Assembly (NCBI GenBank): GCA_000165345.1 | Contig: CM000432.1 | Location: forward strand, 96,001 to 160,000 | DNA: 64,000 bases | Direction of reading: 5' to 3' | Part shown: positions 11,401 to 21,990 of the stretch, piece by piece | Layout of the letters: every line of letters begins with the position of its first letter | How positions within the stretch are numbered: the stretch's first letter is position 1 | Notes under the pieces: model-generated | What the model saw: only the letters and a program-made list of their open reading frames with translations | Databases searched by the model: none | What the model was told of the DNA's origin: nothing | Made by a program: the position numbers and the translations under genes

Positions 11401-11859
11401 GAAGATATGATTTTATTCCAAAATTGGTCAATGAATAAGTTTCAAGATAAAAGTAATGATCTAATTAATGATACTTTTGAAAGAGCTGAATTTAAAAGAA
11501 ATCATTCCAATTATAGACACTCTTGGGTATTTCCTCCAGATTTCCCATGCTTTGATGCAATTCATGCAATGAAAAATCCAAATATTATTTCAAATTTTAA
11601 ACCAACCTTTGGTAAAATTGATAAAAATTCAACTATTGAATTAATTACAAATAATACAAATCTAACTCATGAAAAAGTATCTCTAATTATTGATCCAATC
11701 ATTAAAAATCAAAATAATAAATACAAACAAACAAAAATTGATGAATTCTTAATTCAAAATCAATCTATTAAATTTAATCATCATCATATTCAAAAAGATG
11801 AAAAAGTTGCATCCATTATTTCTAAAAGAATGAAAAAGGCTCTAAATCATCTCAAGTAA
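8416..11859 (+). CDS. XPG: XPG/RAD2 (ERCC5) structure-specific nucleotide-excision-repair endonuclease
   Basis: The N-terminal XPG-N domain is MGVKGLWDIVAPSG...ILAIDASIWLKQF. The C-terminal XPG-I plus H3TH is LGIPWIDSPGEAEAQASIL...LAILLGCDYTVGVNGIGPVNAVEVL. The two are split by a long acidic spacer, as in XPG but not FEN1. The spacer contains poly-D and EQEPEQEP repeats. Confidence 0.9.
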   Translation: MGVKGLWDIVAPSGIRVKPETLEGQILAIDASIWLKQFLMGLKDKEGKIPQGAHLLGFFKRLCKLLYYGILPVIVFDGTPPDIKKRTLELRRMQREMSEINMRRVANKLLLNTIRLRVAKKVKDKVRKRKDKKLSDEEYKNQIDNGESEEEKEEEQVQEQEESESEEINQSATINDKNKVEYKSKRKAHHSIQEKISLTPKLFSSEDENNITDDDEDVYNRPNRKFKKYGRYQQVHHLINETEENSEAPTSYFPVMGFLSERRRLDEMPEIDTNLFSMPIQISSSQKIASKKMTKIEDLNAFLRATESSNDERRLMDLPLDTEIDPQVFEQLNSKLQYEILIQLRDAWINALRSNAVDTKDNMSQFSNSQIECYLRYLRINQEIERLKVRMAKECEEEQMESVNEEIKVVEYGQIYDPDNNDFNNNIQDCSSSSIFEDQSKETINEEFNIDLNIDDSTFTGKIINFSKKIGMDNKDIDTFNRNDTLLSSDTLSMKGYHNLSKITKKERIKFLQSTDYTKNDNIVSNPLNTPLFELEKLLNNENIQESQIQNKVNNTFNDINDIERLELLKENVDELFKINEPIQKFEEKDDGFIVDIENRVYQNEDDKEVNKKDDFGNEGFDDSCDDDDDDDWQDIEWESANTILTKPQENNFDSLQVIKSIILSNDLVSNIEPKLDSILGLEKIEENDESKQEQVILIDSEEIKEQKNDIYLIEDSGKHEDGFKKTEVGQFEGQIQDLEPEKEQEQEHQSEQEPEQEPEQELEHEPDQDQDQEQKPEQEPERQPELEQEPEPDQKQEHQPEPDLEPELLDYSYLEDIKEIIQKEDEQIMDMNLFSDHYAIYDKNLDEILFELEKEQEELSLEFTKHDIILNSEITKEMQYQICLLLKALGIPWIDSPGEAEAQASILTQLNICHGVLSDDSDCLIFGAKKIFRNFFSGNSVEMYDLNQVKKYLGIEKQEQFYILAILLGCDYTVGVNGIGPVNAVEVLKAYPELEDMILFQNWSMNKFQDKSNDLINDTFERAEFKRNHSNYRHSWVFPPDFPCFDAIHAMKNPNIISNFKPTFGKIDKNSTIELITNNTNLTHEKVSLIIDPIIKNQNNKYKQTKIDEFLIQNQSIKFNHHHIQKDEKVASIISKRMKKALNHLK
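10618..10840 (+). repeat. Imperfect GAACMA hexanucleotide tandem repeat encoding an EQ/EP/DQ acidic repeat inside the XPG spacer
   Basis: The DNA reads gaacaagaaccagaacaagaaccagaacaagaactagaacatgaacctgaccaagatcaagatcaagaacaa... It translates to EQEPEQEPEQELEHEPDQDQDQEQKPEQEPERQPELEQEPEPDQKQEHQPEPDLEPE. Confidence 0.8.
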
Positions 11860-14800
11860 AGTAAGTTGGTCTTCCTTTATAAGTATCTAAAATCTCCAAT
11901 TGATACTGATTAAATTTATGTTTATGAATAAAGTTCCACCCATCTTGATGAGTTTTAAAGAATTCTTGAATACATTCCTGAATTTGTTTTTTTAATATTT
12001 GAGAAATATTCCTATTACCACTATAATTTGCTAAGAAAGTTATTGTCTCTGGAAGCCAAAATGGAATATCATATGGATGACTTAATATTATTGAAATAAG
12101 TCCTAGTACTCCAGCTCTATTATATCTTTCATTATTTTTACTAATATTATTCTCACTTGATTGAGATTGAGTTTTATCTTCTATTAAAGAAAATATATCT
12201 TCCAAATTATTGAAATTTATTAATTTCAAAATCTTCATTTCATCAAGATTATTATTATTATTCACTTTTTCCATTCTATTAATCCATATTTTGAACAATC
12301 TAATATAATTAATACATCTTGAATTATTTAAAGCTCTAAATAAAGTGCATAAAGCTAATTTTGAAATATATTTTATTTCTGATTGATCTTCAAATAATCC
12401 ACTTATTATATTATTTATTATATCCAATTCAATTCTTGTTCCATTTAATAATGGAGAATAAAATTCACCAATTATTGTATTTAATCTTATTTTAAATAAT
12501 CTATTCTTATAATTATTGAAATCTAATCCTTTTATATTATTCACAATATTATCCAATCTATCCATTATTGGAATTTCATTATGATTTAATTGAGTAATTA
12601 ATAATGACATTAAAGATCCATAAGAAAGTCCAAGTATATCATTATTATTACCACTAATTATTTGTAATCTATTAATCAAATTTAAAATATCATTAAATGG
12701 AATCATTTCTTCTATTATTAATTCTGATCTTCTACTTGAATATAAATCTCTAAGTAAACAATAATATAATATTACTTCCGAATTTGAAATAATCTTGGAA
12801 TCTATATGGTTATTATTACTCTTTTTATTATGATCTATCATTTCTTCTTCTTTTATTATTATATTATTTAAATTATTTAATTCATTATTTAATTTTAACA
12901 TAATTAATTTAAATTCTTGAATTAAATTATCTCTTAAAGATCTTTCCAAATCATTTCTATATTTTGAATAAATTAAATTACTTGCAATTATTAAAGAATG
13001 AAGCATATTTGACATTTCTTCTCTTAATTGTTTATAATTATTATCCTTTTTTAACATTAAATTAAAAATATTTAAACCATTCTTGAGATAATCTTTAACT
13101 TTCTCTGAAACTTGGAGATTATTATCATTCATTATTAATTCAGTTAAACCACTTTGATAAATTCTTAAATACTTTATCATTTCAAATGTTGATAAATCAT
13201 TATTATCTTCAATAATTATATTATTATCTTCATTATCCACCATTTTTGAATATTTGAATGGATTTAAAATAAAATTTAATAATATATTTAAAGTTGAATT
13301 ATTATCCATCAAATTTGAATTAAAAGATGAATAATATAATAATAAATCATTTTCTAATTCTTTTCTTCTTATTGATTTATTACTACTATTATTACTGTTG
13401 TTATTATTAATATTATTATCATTATCATTATTGTCAAAGTAATAATAATAACTTAAGTTCTGTCTAATTACTGGAGTTAATGAATGCTTAATAAAATCCA
13501 TATAATTGAAAATAAAATCTTGATCACTTTGTTGAAATTCACTATATAAGATTTGTATCAATTTCTTTCTATTCAAATTGTTATTATTTGAAATAAAATT
13601 ATCCATATCTTTTGAAATTGTTGAAATTGAAAAAATTGAAGATAAGATCTCCAATATTAATATATGTTTTTCTTTCTCTAAATTCATTATACTATTATTA
13701 CACCATTCTTGTAATACTTCCAAAATTAATTCAATCTTATTATTACTATAATTCAAATCTTTACTTTCAAATTTTGTTTTTATCATAAATAAAAGTAATT
13801 GGAAAAATATTATACTTACAATTGATAAATTATTTGAATAACATTTAAAACGATGATATGGAAATGAATTCATTATTGATGTATAATTCAAAATCAAATT
13901 ATTGATTGTTATACTAACATTTGTTGAATTCATTATCTTTCTTTCTGTTCTTGAAGTAATAATACTTGTTTGACTTGAATTTGGATGATTATTAGATATT
14001 TGATGACGATAAACTGTAATATTGACCATATTTTCTAATAAATTTCGTATCTTATGATCTTCATCAATAAAATTTGATTCTTTCATAATTAATTCAACAA
14101 GAAATTGTTTATCATTTTCATAAAGTTTCTTAAATAATGTTGTTAAATTAAAGAAAATCATTGAATAAAAGCTAGTATTATTAGATTTATCAATATCCAA
14201 AAATATATCCCATAAGTAATTCCAATAATTTGAAATTAACATTCTGATAGATTTTAATTCATCTTTAAATTCATCTCTTTTGAATTGAGATATAAATGTA
14301 ACTAAAACTCCTTGTATAAATATTAAAGTTATAAGTGATCTTCTTATTAGTGAATTATTAATCAATAATTCATTTCTCATATCATTCAAATTACTTAATA
14401 GAATTTTGATTGAATTAACAATATAATTAATATTGTAATTTTCTGATTCCATATAATTCAAATTAATTCTTGAAATCAGTTCTAAATTATCATCAATATT
14501 ATTATTATTATTATTATTATTTTGGGATTGACTAAACAATTTAATAAGCTTATCAAGTTTAATTTCCAAATTATTTCTGTATTTTTCAACTTTATGATTA
14601 TTTAAACCAATATTATTGGATAAATATTGGAATAATAAATTATCAAAATCTCGATTACTAATTATATGATTTAATCCATTAAATAATCTTACAGGAATAT
14701 TTTCCTTACTTAATTTAAAAGATGATGAGTAAGATATGATATTAATAAATTGAATTAATAAATCAAAATTATTCCATAGAAAACGATGATATGTTGAATT

Positions 14801-17800
14801 ATTAACAATAATATAAGAAAATCCAGATAAATGATTAAATAGAAACTCTTCCATTGGATCAAGCTTATTATCAGAATAGTTCTGAAAAGTTGATTTAACA
14901 TAATCTATGTTAGATCTTAAAATTGTTTCAAAAGTTGGATAATTAAGATCTTCTTGAACAATTTGAATTTGATTCTTTGTAATTTGAGATATAATACAAT
15001 CTGATAATTGATCATATTTCTTATATATAAAGATTGAGAAATATACTTCAAATAAAATGAACTGTAATACATTATTTCTAGAAGAAATATGAGAATTAAT
15101 AGATTCTTTTAAAGTTGTTTGAGCAGATTTTCTAATTACATTATAATTACCCAAACTAAATAATGTAATTAAATAAATCAATTTTCTTCGATATCCATAA
15201 AATCCATATTCATGTCTTCTCATATTAATTCTTTTATTCCAATAATATTGTATATTCTTAAGCCAAAAGATTTTTGGAGAATTTATTAAGCTTGATTGAT
15301 GATATAATCCATTTGTATATGATAACCAAGCTAAAACTGAATCTGAAAAATCAATATTGTAAAGAGAAGATAATGATAAGTTACTAGAAGATGAGTAATA
15401 ATGGTTCAAACATTGATTAATAGTTTTAATAACTTTTGATTTGAATCTGATTTCTTCAGTATTAGTAATATTGACCAAAGGATTTGATAATTTATAATAT
15501 GTATTAGTATTAGTGACTTGTAAATTACTTGACTTGTTTTGATCAATAAGATCAAACATTTCATCTTCTTGTTTCATATTGTATTCAAGATTGGTTACTT
15601 CAAGCATTTGTATACCGGTAAATACTTGTACTAGAAACAGAACTAAACGATAAGTATCAGAATAATACTTTGAAAAGAATGGTTCAAATTCTTGAAAGTT
15701 TTCTTGATTCAAAGTTAATAATAATAATTGTTGATTATTATTAAATTCAGTTTTTTTTTGAAATATTGAAGAATCATTTCTTACAATTGGTAATATATAA
15801 GATACTGATTTATTTAAAATACGAAGATTATTTAAACAAAATGATACAGTACCAATAATATCAAGATTAACTGATTGTTTATTAGTTTCATCATTTCTTT
15901 GAATTATATTAAGTAAAATCTGAAAATTTATTGAATTGTCTTGATCTTTAGGAATCTTTTCATCTTGAGTAAGGAAATTATCAATAGAATCTTTAAAAAT
16001 TTGTAAATATTCCTGATATAAGTTATCCAATAAATTAGAAATCCCAGAACTAGTAGATTCTATTTGAATAATTTTTTTCAAAAGCTTGATAATAAACAAA
16101 TAATTGAAAATGATTAAAGACTTAACTTCAAGTAAACATTTTCTGTGAGGTATAAACCAAATAGGTTTTTGAACATGATTAAGAATAGATTTTTCTTGTA
16201 CATAAAATGGAAGTCCCCAAAGAATTATTCCTTTTACAATAGAATCAGAACTCTTTAAAACTGGAACTAAACATGAATCTTTATAATCAACAATTTGTAT
16301 ATGTATTAAAGATTCAATAAATCTTTGTTCTAATTTAAGTCCAGCTCTCTTAATTTTTCTTCTAGAATCAGAAAGAAGTTCAATAATTAATGAATAGATT
16401 CCAAAATAGTAGACTCTATTTTCGTTCTTTAATAGGTGATTTTGAGTATATCTGATTAAACTTGAAACCAAGTTAATATAATACAATATAAAGGATTCAT
16501 CCTCAGATTCCAAACTATTTTTATTGTTAATGAATTTTATCCCATTAAATTGTTCTTGTATGAAAGAATTATCATGATTGATGTTTTGAGTATATTCTGA
16601 GCCAGCTTTAACCTTTAATAATAATTTTGAAAGAATAAACTCAAAAGAAAGACTTGGATCACATGATCCCATTGCAGAAAGTATCTTAGAAAGATGTTTG
16701 TAGTTGTCAGGAATATAGTTATTAGAAATCCAATTACCAATCATTTCATAACAATCTCTTAAAAGTTGATTATATCCCAGTTGTTTACATTTAGTGAAAA
16801 TACTAATAATTAAAGCTCTTAAAGCATAAGAAATTCCAAGATCAACAGAGGATGAATAACTTGCAGTTTCTGAAGGTTTAACAACATTTTCCAAAAGGTT
16901 TAAAACTCGTTCTAAAAATTCAAAAATCCAATATCCAAAAAATGAATCAATCAAAAGTTTTCTTTGTTCAAATTTTTCCATCAAAGTTTCTTTATCGAAT
17001 TTACCATTAAAAATAAAGTAAAAGTTTTTCTTAATATCCTCATCAAGAAGAAAATTATAATCTCCTTCCATATTATTTTTAAAATAAAAGTTTAAAGGTG
17101 ATTGTCCATAAATATCAGTTTGGTCTAGAATAACTTTTGGAATTTCTTTTCTATTTTGTAAAGATTTGTCAGAAAGTGGAATTATATCTTTTGGATAATT
17201 ATAAAGTGAATAGTAGCTCTTTAAATTTTCAATTTCTTGAGAATTATTTTCCATACATAAGGAAAGTTTCTCGATTGCTTCGTATTCATCAAAATCCAAA
17301 GCTTCAACTTGATAATTTTGTAAGTTATAGAATAAAACTGTTAAGAAAAACAATGTTTGATTGATTTTCATAGGATCAGAAATATCTATTCCTTGTAGTG
17401 AAACTTGCAGAAATTTTGGTAATTCTTGTGGAGTAAATTGGATTACCAATGGAACAATAGTTGCTAAAATTCTAAAAGCAATATAAACTTGGTGAGTTTC
17501 AGTATCTCCTTCTAATGCTGGCATTATTTTAATATTTAATAAAAATGATAATAAAATATCAGGTAGAATGTATGTCCATCTTTTTAGAGAATCTTCATAT
17601 CTGCTTGCAGCCTGAATATCTTTACTATAAATTCCTTGTTCCATTAGTGGAAATAAAATGGTCATCAAATATTCATCATCAAATCTACATAGACTCACTT
17701 TTTGAATATATTCCTTTTCTATTTGACTAATTTTTTCTGATTTAATAATCACTCTTTCTCTGTATATCCTTTTGCAATATTGGTATGTTAAAGCCTGAAC

Positions 17801-19123
17801 AAAAATAGAAATTCCATGTGACCATTTTCCGATATTTGAAGGATGGTTAAGTGGGTAGACAATATTAACCAAATTAATCAAAGAATTTGGGATTAATTTA
17901 ACATGTTCAACAATTTCTTGATTGCAATCTGAAATCTTCTGATTCTCAATATCATGTAAACAATTTAATGATTTAATCAGATGAATGAAAATAATTGCAA
18001 ACTTGTTAAATACATTTACAGGTTTAATTGTTAAAGCTGATAATAATTCGCTTGATATAATTTCTTTAATAATAGATGGAGCTTTAGTCTGTAATACTTG
18101 GGAATTAGATGTTCCAGAAGAAACTGAAGAATTACTAGAAGTTGCACCTGTGTTAATAGAATTTGGCACTACATTATGTAGAATGGGTATTCCCAGATTA
18201 ATATATAATACCTCAAATAAATACGGAATTCTTTTATATAAACCATCTAAACTCTTACCAATTTTCCAAGAGTATCTTACTCCCCTAGAAATGACTGCTA
18301 TCATAGCAGAATCCCAGTGATTTATAAGCTGTCCATTCAAAATTTCCCAAATTTCAAAGATTCTCTCAGAACTCAAAAGTTTATATGAACAATACGGACT
18401 GCAAATTAGGACAAATAATTTTGAATAAACAAAAAATGAAAAATTGCTCGTATTCAAGGATAGCCATTTACTAAGAAATCTTTCCAATTCAACTTCTCCA
18501 ATATAAGGATTATATGCATTCAAAATTCTTGAAAGACTAGAAACATAATTTCTAACCTTTTGAGAATTTGTTATTGGTCCGTCCAAGTAATCCCTAGTGA
18601 ATTCTTCTTCAATTGTATTAATAATATACTCAAAATCGATTAATCCACAGATACAATTTTTATCTTTATTTCTTCCTTGTTCTTCAAGAGCCTCATTTTG
18701 GCAATTGCATTTAAAGTCAGCTTCCGTAGTATTATTTTCAAGATCTATTTGGGAAACAAATTCACTATGCCACCATGGTCTCAAATATAACTTCTTATAA
18801 TAATTAATATGTGAGGCTAAAATATTAGCAAATCTTATTTTTGTGCTCATTGGGACTTGTTCATTCTTTATAATATTCCATATGTTTTGAATAATGTTAA
18901 TTCTTTCGCTTCTTTTAACAAATCTAATAAAAACCAAATCTTCAAATTGATTTAGCTGCTTAATTAATCTTGCTAAACTTTGCATTGAATTAATGCTAAA
19001 TAATTGATCATTCTTAAAAAGTTCGAATATCTCCTCTACTGCCTCCCTAGTTTCTCTCCTTTTTACATCATCGTCAATAAATTCTGGAAAAAAGTCCTTA
19101 TAATCTATAGTTTTCTCAAACAT
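11852..19123 (-). CDS. Giant HEAT/ARM-like protein, probably the proteasome activator Blm10/PA200 orthologue
   Basis: 2423-aa single ORF with ATG confirmed at 19121-19123. The C-terminal LGLISIILSHPYDIPFWLPETITFLANY...EFFKTHQDGWNF...TYFT resembles the conserved Blm10/PA200 C-terminal block (LGL..IS.FPY..P.P.W.P ... EFKK...W.F ... YYA), as far as I remember that family. The 3' end overlaps XPG by 8 nt, with a TGA stop at 11852-11854. Confidence 0.45.
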   Translation of the reverse strand: MFEKTIDYKDFFPEFIDDDVKRRETREAVEEIFELFKNDQLFSINSMQSLARLIKQLNQFEDLVFIRFVKRSERINIIQNIWNIIKNEQVPMSTKIRFANILASHINYYKKLYLRPWWHSEFVSQIDLENNTTEADFKCNCQNEALEEQGRNKDKNCICGLIDFEYIINTIEEEFTRDYLDGPITNSQKVRNYVSSLSRILNAYNPYIGEVELERFLSKWLSLNTSNFSFFVYSKLFVLICSPYCSYKLLSSERIFEIWEILNGQLINHWDSAMIAVISRGVRYSWKIGKSLDGLYKRIPYLFEVLYINLGIPILHNVVPNSINTGATSSNSSVSSGTSNSQVLQTKAPSIIKEIISSELLSALTIKPVNVFNKFAIIFIHLIKSLNCLHDIENQKISDCNQEIVEHVKLIPNSLINLVNIVYPLNHPSNIGKWSHGISIFVQALTYQYCKRIYRERVIIKSEKISQIEKEYIQKVSLCRFDDEYLMTILFPLMEQGIYSKDIQAASRYEDSLKRWTYILPDILLSFLLNIKIMPALEGDTETHQVYIAFRILATIVPLVIQFTPQELPKFLQVSLQGIDISDPMKINQTLFFLTVLFYNLQNYQVEALDFDEYEAIEKLSLCMENNSQEIENLKSYYSLYNYPKDIIPLSDKSLQNRKEIPKVILDQTDIYGQSPLNFYFKNNMEGDYNFLLDEDIKKNFYFIFNGKFDKETLMEKFEQRKLLIDSFFGYWIFEFLERVLNLLENVVKPSETASYSSSVDLGISYALRALIISIFTKCKQLGYNQLLRDCYEMIGNWISNNYIPDNYKHLSKILSAMGSCDPSLSFEFILSKLLLKVKAGSEYTQNINHDNSFIQEQFNGIKFINNKNSLESEDESFILYYINLVSSLIRYTQNHLLKNENRVYYFGIYSLIIELLSDSRRKIKRAGLKLEQRFIESLIHIQIVDYKDSCLVPVLKSSDSIVKGIILWGLPFYVQEKSILNHVQKPIWFIPHRKCLLEVKSLIIFNYLFIIKLLKKIIQIESTSSGISNLLDNLYQEYLQIFKDSIDNFLTQDEKIPKDQDNSINFQILLNIIQRNDETNKQSVNLDIIGTVSFCLNNLRILNKSVSYILPIVRNDSSIFQKKTEFNNNQQLLLLTLNQENFQEFEPFFSKYYSDTYRLVLFLVQVFTGIQMLEVTNLEYNMKQEDEMFDLIDQNKSSNLQVTNTNTYYKLSNPLVNITNTEEIRFKSKVIKTINQCLNHYYSSSSNLSLSSLYNIDFSDSVLAWLSYTNGLYHQSSLINSPKIFWLKNIQYYWNKRINMRRHEYGFYGYRRKLIYLITLFSLGNYNVIRKSAQTTLKESINSHISSRNNVLQFILFEVYFSIFIYKKYDQLSDCIISQITKNQIQIVQEDLNYPTFETILRSNIDYVKSTFQNYSDNKLDPMEEFLFNHLSGFSYIIVNNSTYHRFLWNNFDLLIQFINIISYSSSFKLSKENIPVRLFNGLNHIISNRDFDNLLFQYLSNNIGLNNHKVEKYRNNLEIKLDKLIKLFSQSQNNNNNNNNIDDNLELISRINLNYMESENYNINYIVNSIKILLSNLNDMRNELLINNSLIRRSLITLIFIQGVLVTFISQFKRDEFKDELKSIRMLISNYWNYLWDIFLDIDKSNNTSFYSMIFFNLTTLFKKLYENDKQFLVELIMKESNFIDEDHKIRNLLENMVNITVYRHQISNNHPNSSQTSIITSRTERKIMNSTNVSITINNLILNYTSIMNSFPYHRFKCYSNNLSIVSIIFFQLLLFMIKTKFESKDLNYSNNKIELILEVLQEWCNNSIMNLEKEKHILILEILSSIFSISTISKDMDNFISNNNNLNRKKLIQILYSEFQQSDQDFIFNYMDFIKHSLTPVIRQNLSYYYYFDNNDNDNNINNNNSNNSSNKSIRRKELENDLLLYYSSFNSNLMDNNSTLNILLNFILNPFKYSKMVDNEDNNIIIEDNNDLSTFEMIKYLRIYQSGLTELIMNDNNLQVSEKVKDYLKNGLNIFNLMLKKDNNYKQLREEMSNMLHSLIIASNLIYSKYRNDLERSLRDNLIQEFKLIMLKLNNELNNLNNIIIKEEEMIDHNKKSNNNHIDSKIISNSEVILYYCLLRDLYSSRRSELIIEEMIPFNDILNLINRLQIISGNNNDILGLSYGSLMSLLITQLNHNEIPIMDRLDNIVNNIKGLDFNNYKNRLFKIRLNTIIGEFYSPLLNGTRIELDIINNIISGLFEDQSEIKYISKLALCTLFRALNNSRCINYIRLFKIWINRMEKVNNNNNLDEMKILKLINFNNLEDIFSLIEDKTQSQSSENNISKNNERYNRAGVLGLISIILSHPYDIPFWLPETITFLANYSGNRNISQILKKQIQECIQEFFKTHQDGWNFIHKHKFNQYQLEILDTYKGRPTYFT

Positions 19124-19460
19124 CTTTTCCTTTATTTCTTAAACTAATATTTCTCACTGATTAAATTCTATTTTACTGTAACCTTTTTTATTTATGATAA
19201 TTAAAAACTTTAAAAAGAAAATACATATATGTTTAATAATATATATATTACATACGTAAATACATACTTGTTAGTAAATTATTTCCAAGACAAATTAGAG
19301 AATAAAATCCATTCATCCAATTACTGAATTAATATTCACAAAGTCCCACTTACAATTTACCATATATATCCTGAAAGTCTTCTTTATAAAGAAAATATAT
19401 TATTTATTACTAAATTTCTTTTTTTATTCACACCCCGAGGGTATAAACCTATTAACCGCC

Positions 19461-19468
19461 TGGCGCCA
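19461..19468. promoter_or_regulatory. TGGCGCCA E2F-like box in the divergent promoter between the Blm10-like gene and the nucleoporin gene
   Basis: ccgccTGGCGCCAcag; it sits about 340 bp upstream of the minus-strand ATG at 19123. Confidence 0.4.
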
Positions 19469-19863
19469 CAGTCTTTAATTATCATTTTTTTTTATTATTT
19501 CTTGATTTTCATTTTTTCTTTCCTTTTTTGGCTTTGTGTCAATTTATCCTTTAATCAATTCAAATTTCTGTATAATGTTGAAAATTGTGCTCTTTATTTA
19601 TTCTATTCTATATTATATTTTCCTTCCAATATTTTTGCATGTGGACAATACTTGCATGCATGTTTGCAGTTAATTTATTGTATAAATTACGTGTCAAAAA
19701 TAGTAATTATATACTTATTTTTCAAATTTATGATTAATTAAGTAGTTAAAAATAATTAATATTATTTTAGTAATAATTCGAAGCATTAATTTTAATTGGG
19801 TTAATATAAATAAAACAAGTATAAATTTTACTTATACTAACTAAAACATTTAACTATGAGATC

Positions 19864-19906
<43 letters not shown>

Positions 19907-20401
19907 TAGGGATGTATAAATAAGTTTTCCTTATTTTAACTTGTGAATCTATCTATATTATTAATTCATATTTTTGCTCTTTCAAAATATTTTTTTCTTT
20001 TTGCGGCTAATATTTTATTTTAGCTGAAAAATTTACTATTTTTTTAATTTATTTTAAATATTTACTATAAAAAAAAATTAATCATAAAAGTAACCAATTT
20101 TTTGGCGGGAAATTGACTTAATCTTAATGCCTAATTAACTAAATGAAGGGAAAAAAAAAAGAGAATATATAAGACAAAGAAAAAAGGCTAGTGATAATTT
20201 ATCACTTCAGTAAATTATTTTGATTGTTGGATTTATATAGAACAGTATTGGATTTTCATGCAGTCTGTTGCTTTCGAAGTTTCGAAATAATAATCAACAA
20301 AGAAGCCACTTTGTTTTATTTAGTAGTCATTTAAACAAAAAAAAAAGTGTGTAAAGATATTCTTAATACTTAAAGTTCAATTCACCTACTACTAAGAATA
20401 T

Positions 20402-21709
20402 ATGTCGTTTTTTAATAACCTTTCTACTAGTGGAGGGCAAGGACTCGGGTTTGGTGGAGGAACTACAAGTAACTTCAGTTTTGGAAATCCCTCATCTACA
20501 AGTACTAATTTATTTGATAACAAGTCCTCCTTATTTCCAACACAATCAACACTTAATAGCTCAAATAATGCTTTATCTACTAGCTTTCTAAATTCTAATT
20601 CAACAGGTACCAATTTATTTGGTACGTCAAATTCAAATCAAAGTCAAGGAACTGGATTAAATTTAGGAACAAATTCGTTTTCAATGAATAACACACAGTT
20701 TAGTAGCCAAACTCAATCAGCTACTTTGAATATGATGAATTTGCCACTCCAACAAAGACAAGAACTTGAGAGAATAGAGAAACGAAAAGTGTCTTTACAA
20801 AAAGGACTCTCTTTACAAATGAATCCTACTATGACAGCATTGACATACCAATTGGATGAAAAGGCTCCAGAAAAACAGCAAGAAGTGGATAATTACATAT
20901 ATTATAATTTAAATGACGAAGGAATTATTAAGAACTTAAACGATGCGAAAAAACTCAACCCGAATCCAAGTAAGTGTTATACTCTCCCAATTAAGGGATT
21001 TGGAGAATTAGTGCAAAGAGAACAACAACAAAGAAAAGAGTTAGAAAACTTATTATGTGAAATGAAATCTGTTAAGGATGAAAATGTTAAAATTCTTCAG
21101 ACATTGAATACCAGTACAATTAAAAGAGTCGAAGAATGTAAAAAACGTCATCAAAGTATAATTCACCAACTTGTTCATATTTCATGTATGATTGAAGAAT
21201 ATGGTGAGAAAAACCATTTTGCCCAAGTTAACTACCAACTTGACAATCAATTGAACCAAGTTTTACATCAAATTCAAGAAAACCATATGAAGCTTGGAGC
21301 TTGGCAATCTTCAATTAACCAAATTGAAACTAATATCAAGTATATTGATGAGCAATTGAATGATAATGACTCAAAAAATTGTAACGATCTAAAGAATCTT
21401 CTTGAGAGTTCTCCTAATAAGTCGGGTAATAATTCTTTTTCTGATCATCTTAATTCTTCTGATCAAAAAGGATCTGAAAATAATCATTCAATTTCTGACT
21501 TAAACAACAGATTACAACAGAATCAGCAATTATCTTCCACAAATGGAATATATTCTGATATCTCAAAGAACTCAAGGGAGACCTCAACTAACTCTCCAAG
21601 TAATGTAGAAGCCATTTTTGAAACTCTCGATAGTCAGCAACAACTATTAGAGTCCTTAAGTGATACTGTCAGAAATGACTCTCTATTAATTCAACAATTC
21701 ATTTCTTAG
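20402..21709 (+). CDS. FG-repeat nucleoporin of the Nup62/Nup54/Nup58 type (N-terminal FG/Ser-Thr-Asn region plus C-terminal coiled coil)
   Basis: The N-terminal about 110 aa contains GFGGG, FSFG, NLFG and LFD motifs in an S/T/N-rich context. The remainder is heptad-rich (QQRQELERIEKRKVSLQKG...), the architecture of central-channel FG nucleoporins. Confidence 0.4.
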   Translation: MSFFNNLSTSGGQGLGFGGGTTSNFSFGNPSSTSTNLFDNKSSLFPTQSTLNSSNNALSTSFLNSNSTGTNLFGTSNSNQSQGTGLNLGTNSFSMNNTQFSSQTQSATLNMMNLPLQQRQELERIEKRKVSLQKGLSLQMNPTMTALTYQLDEKAPEKQQEVDNYIYYNLNDEGIIKNLNDAKKLNPNPSKCYTLPIKGFGELVQREQQQRKELENLLCEMKSVKDENVKILQTLNTSTIKRVEECKKRHQSIIHQLVHISCMIEEYGEKNHFAQVNYQLDNQLNQVLHQIQENHMKLGAWQSSINQIETNIKYIDEQLNDNDSKNCNDLKNLLESSPNKSGNNSFSDHLNSSDQKGSENNHSISDLNNRLQQNQQLSSTNGIYSDISKNSRETSTNSPSNVEAIFETLDSQQQLLESLSDTVRNDSLLIQQFIS

Positions 21710-21990
21710 GTTTATTTATAAATTCACCTAATAACAAAATACCCTATATAGGAATTCCAATAGTTATATTCATATATACATTAATTAACTAATTCTACTA
21801 CCTCTTAATCTCCTCTGTCTCACTAGCAATAAACTAATTTCAATTAATTAAAATACCCCATATATTCAAAGATAACAACTAAATAATTAAATATAAAAAT
21901 TTAATCTGACTACCTATTAATAATACTAATATTATTATTGAGATGTTACACTTAAACTGCAAGGAATAAGAAAAGATGAAATCTACATGC

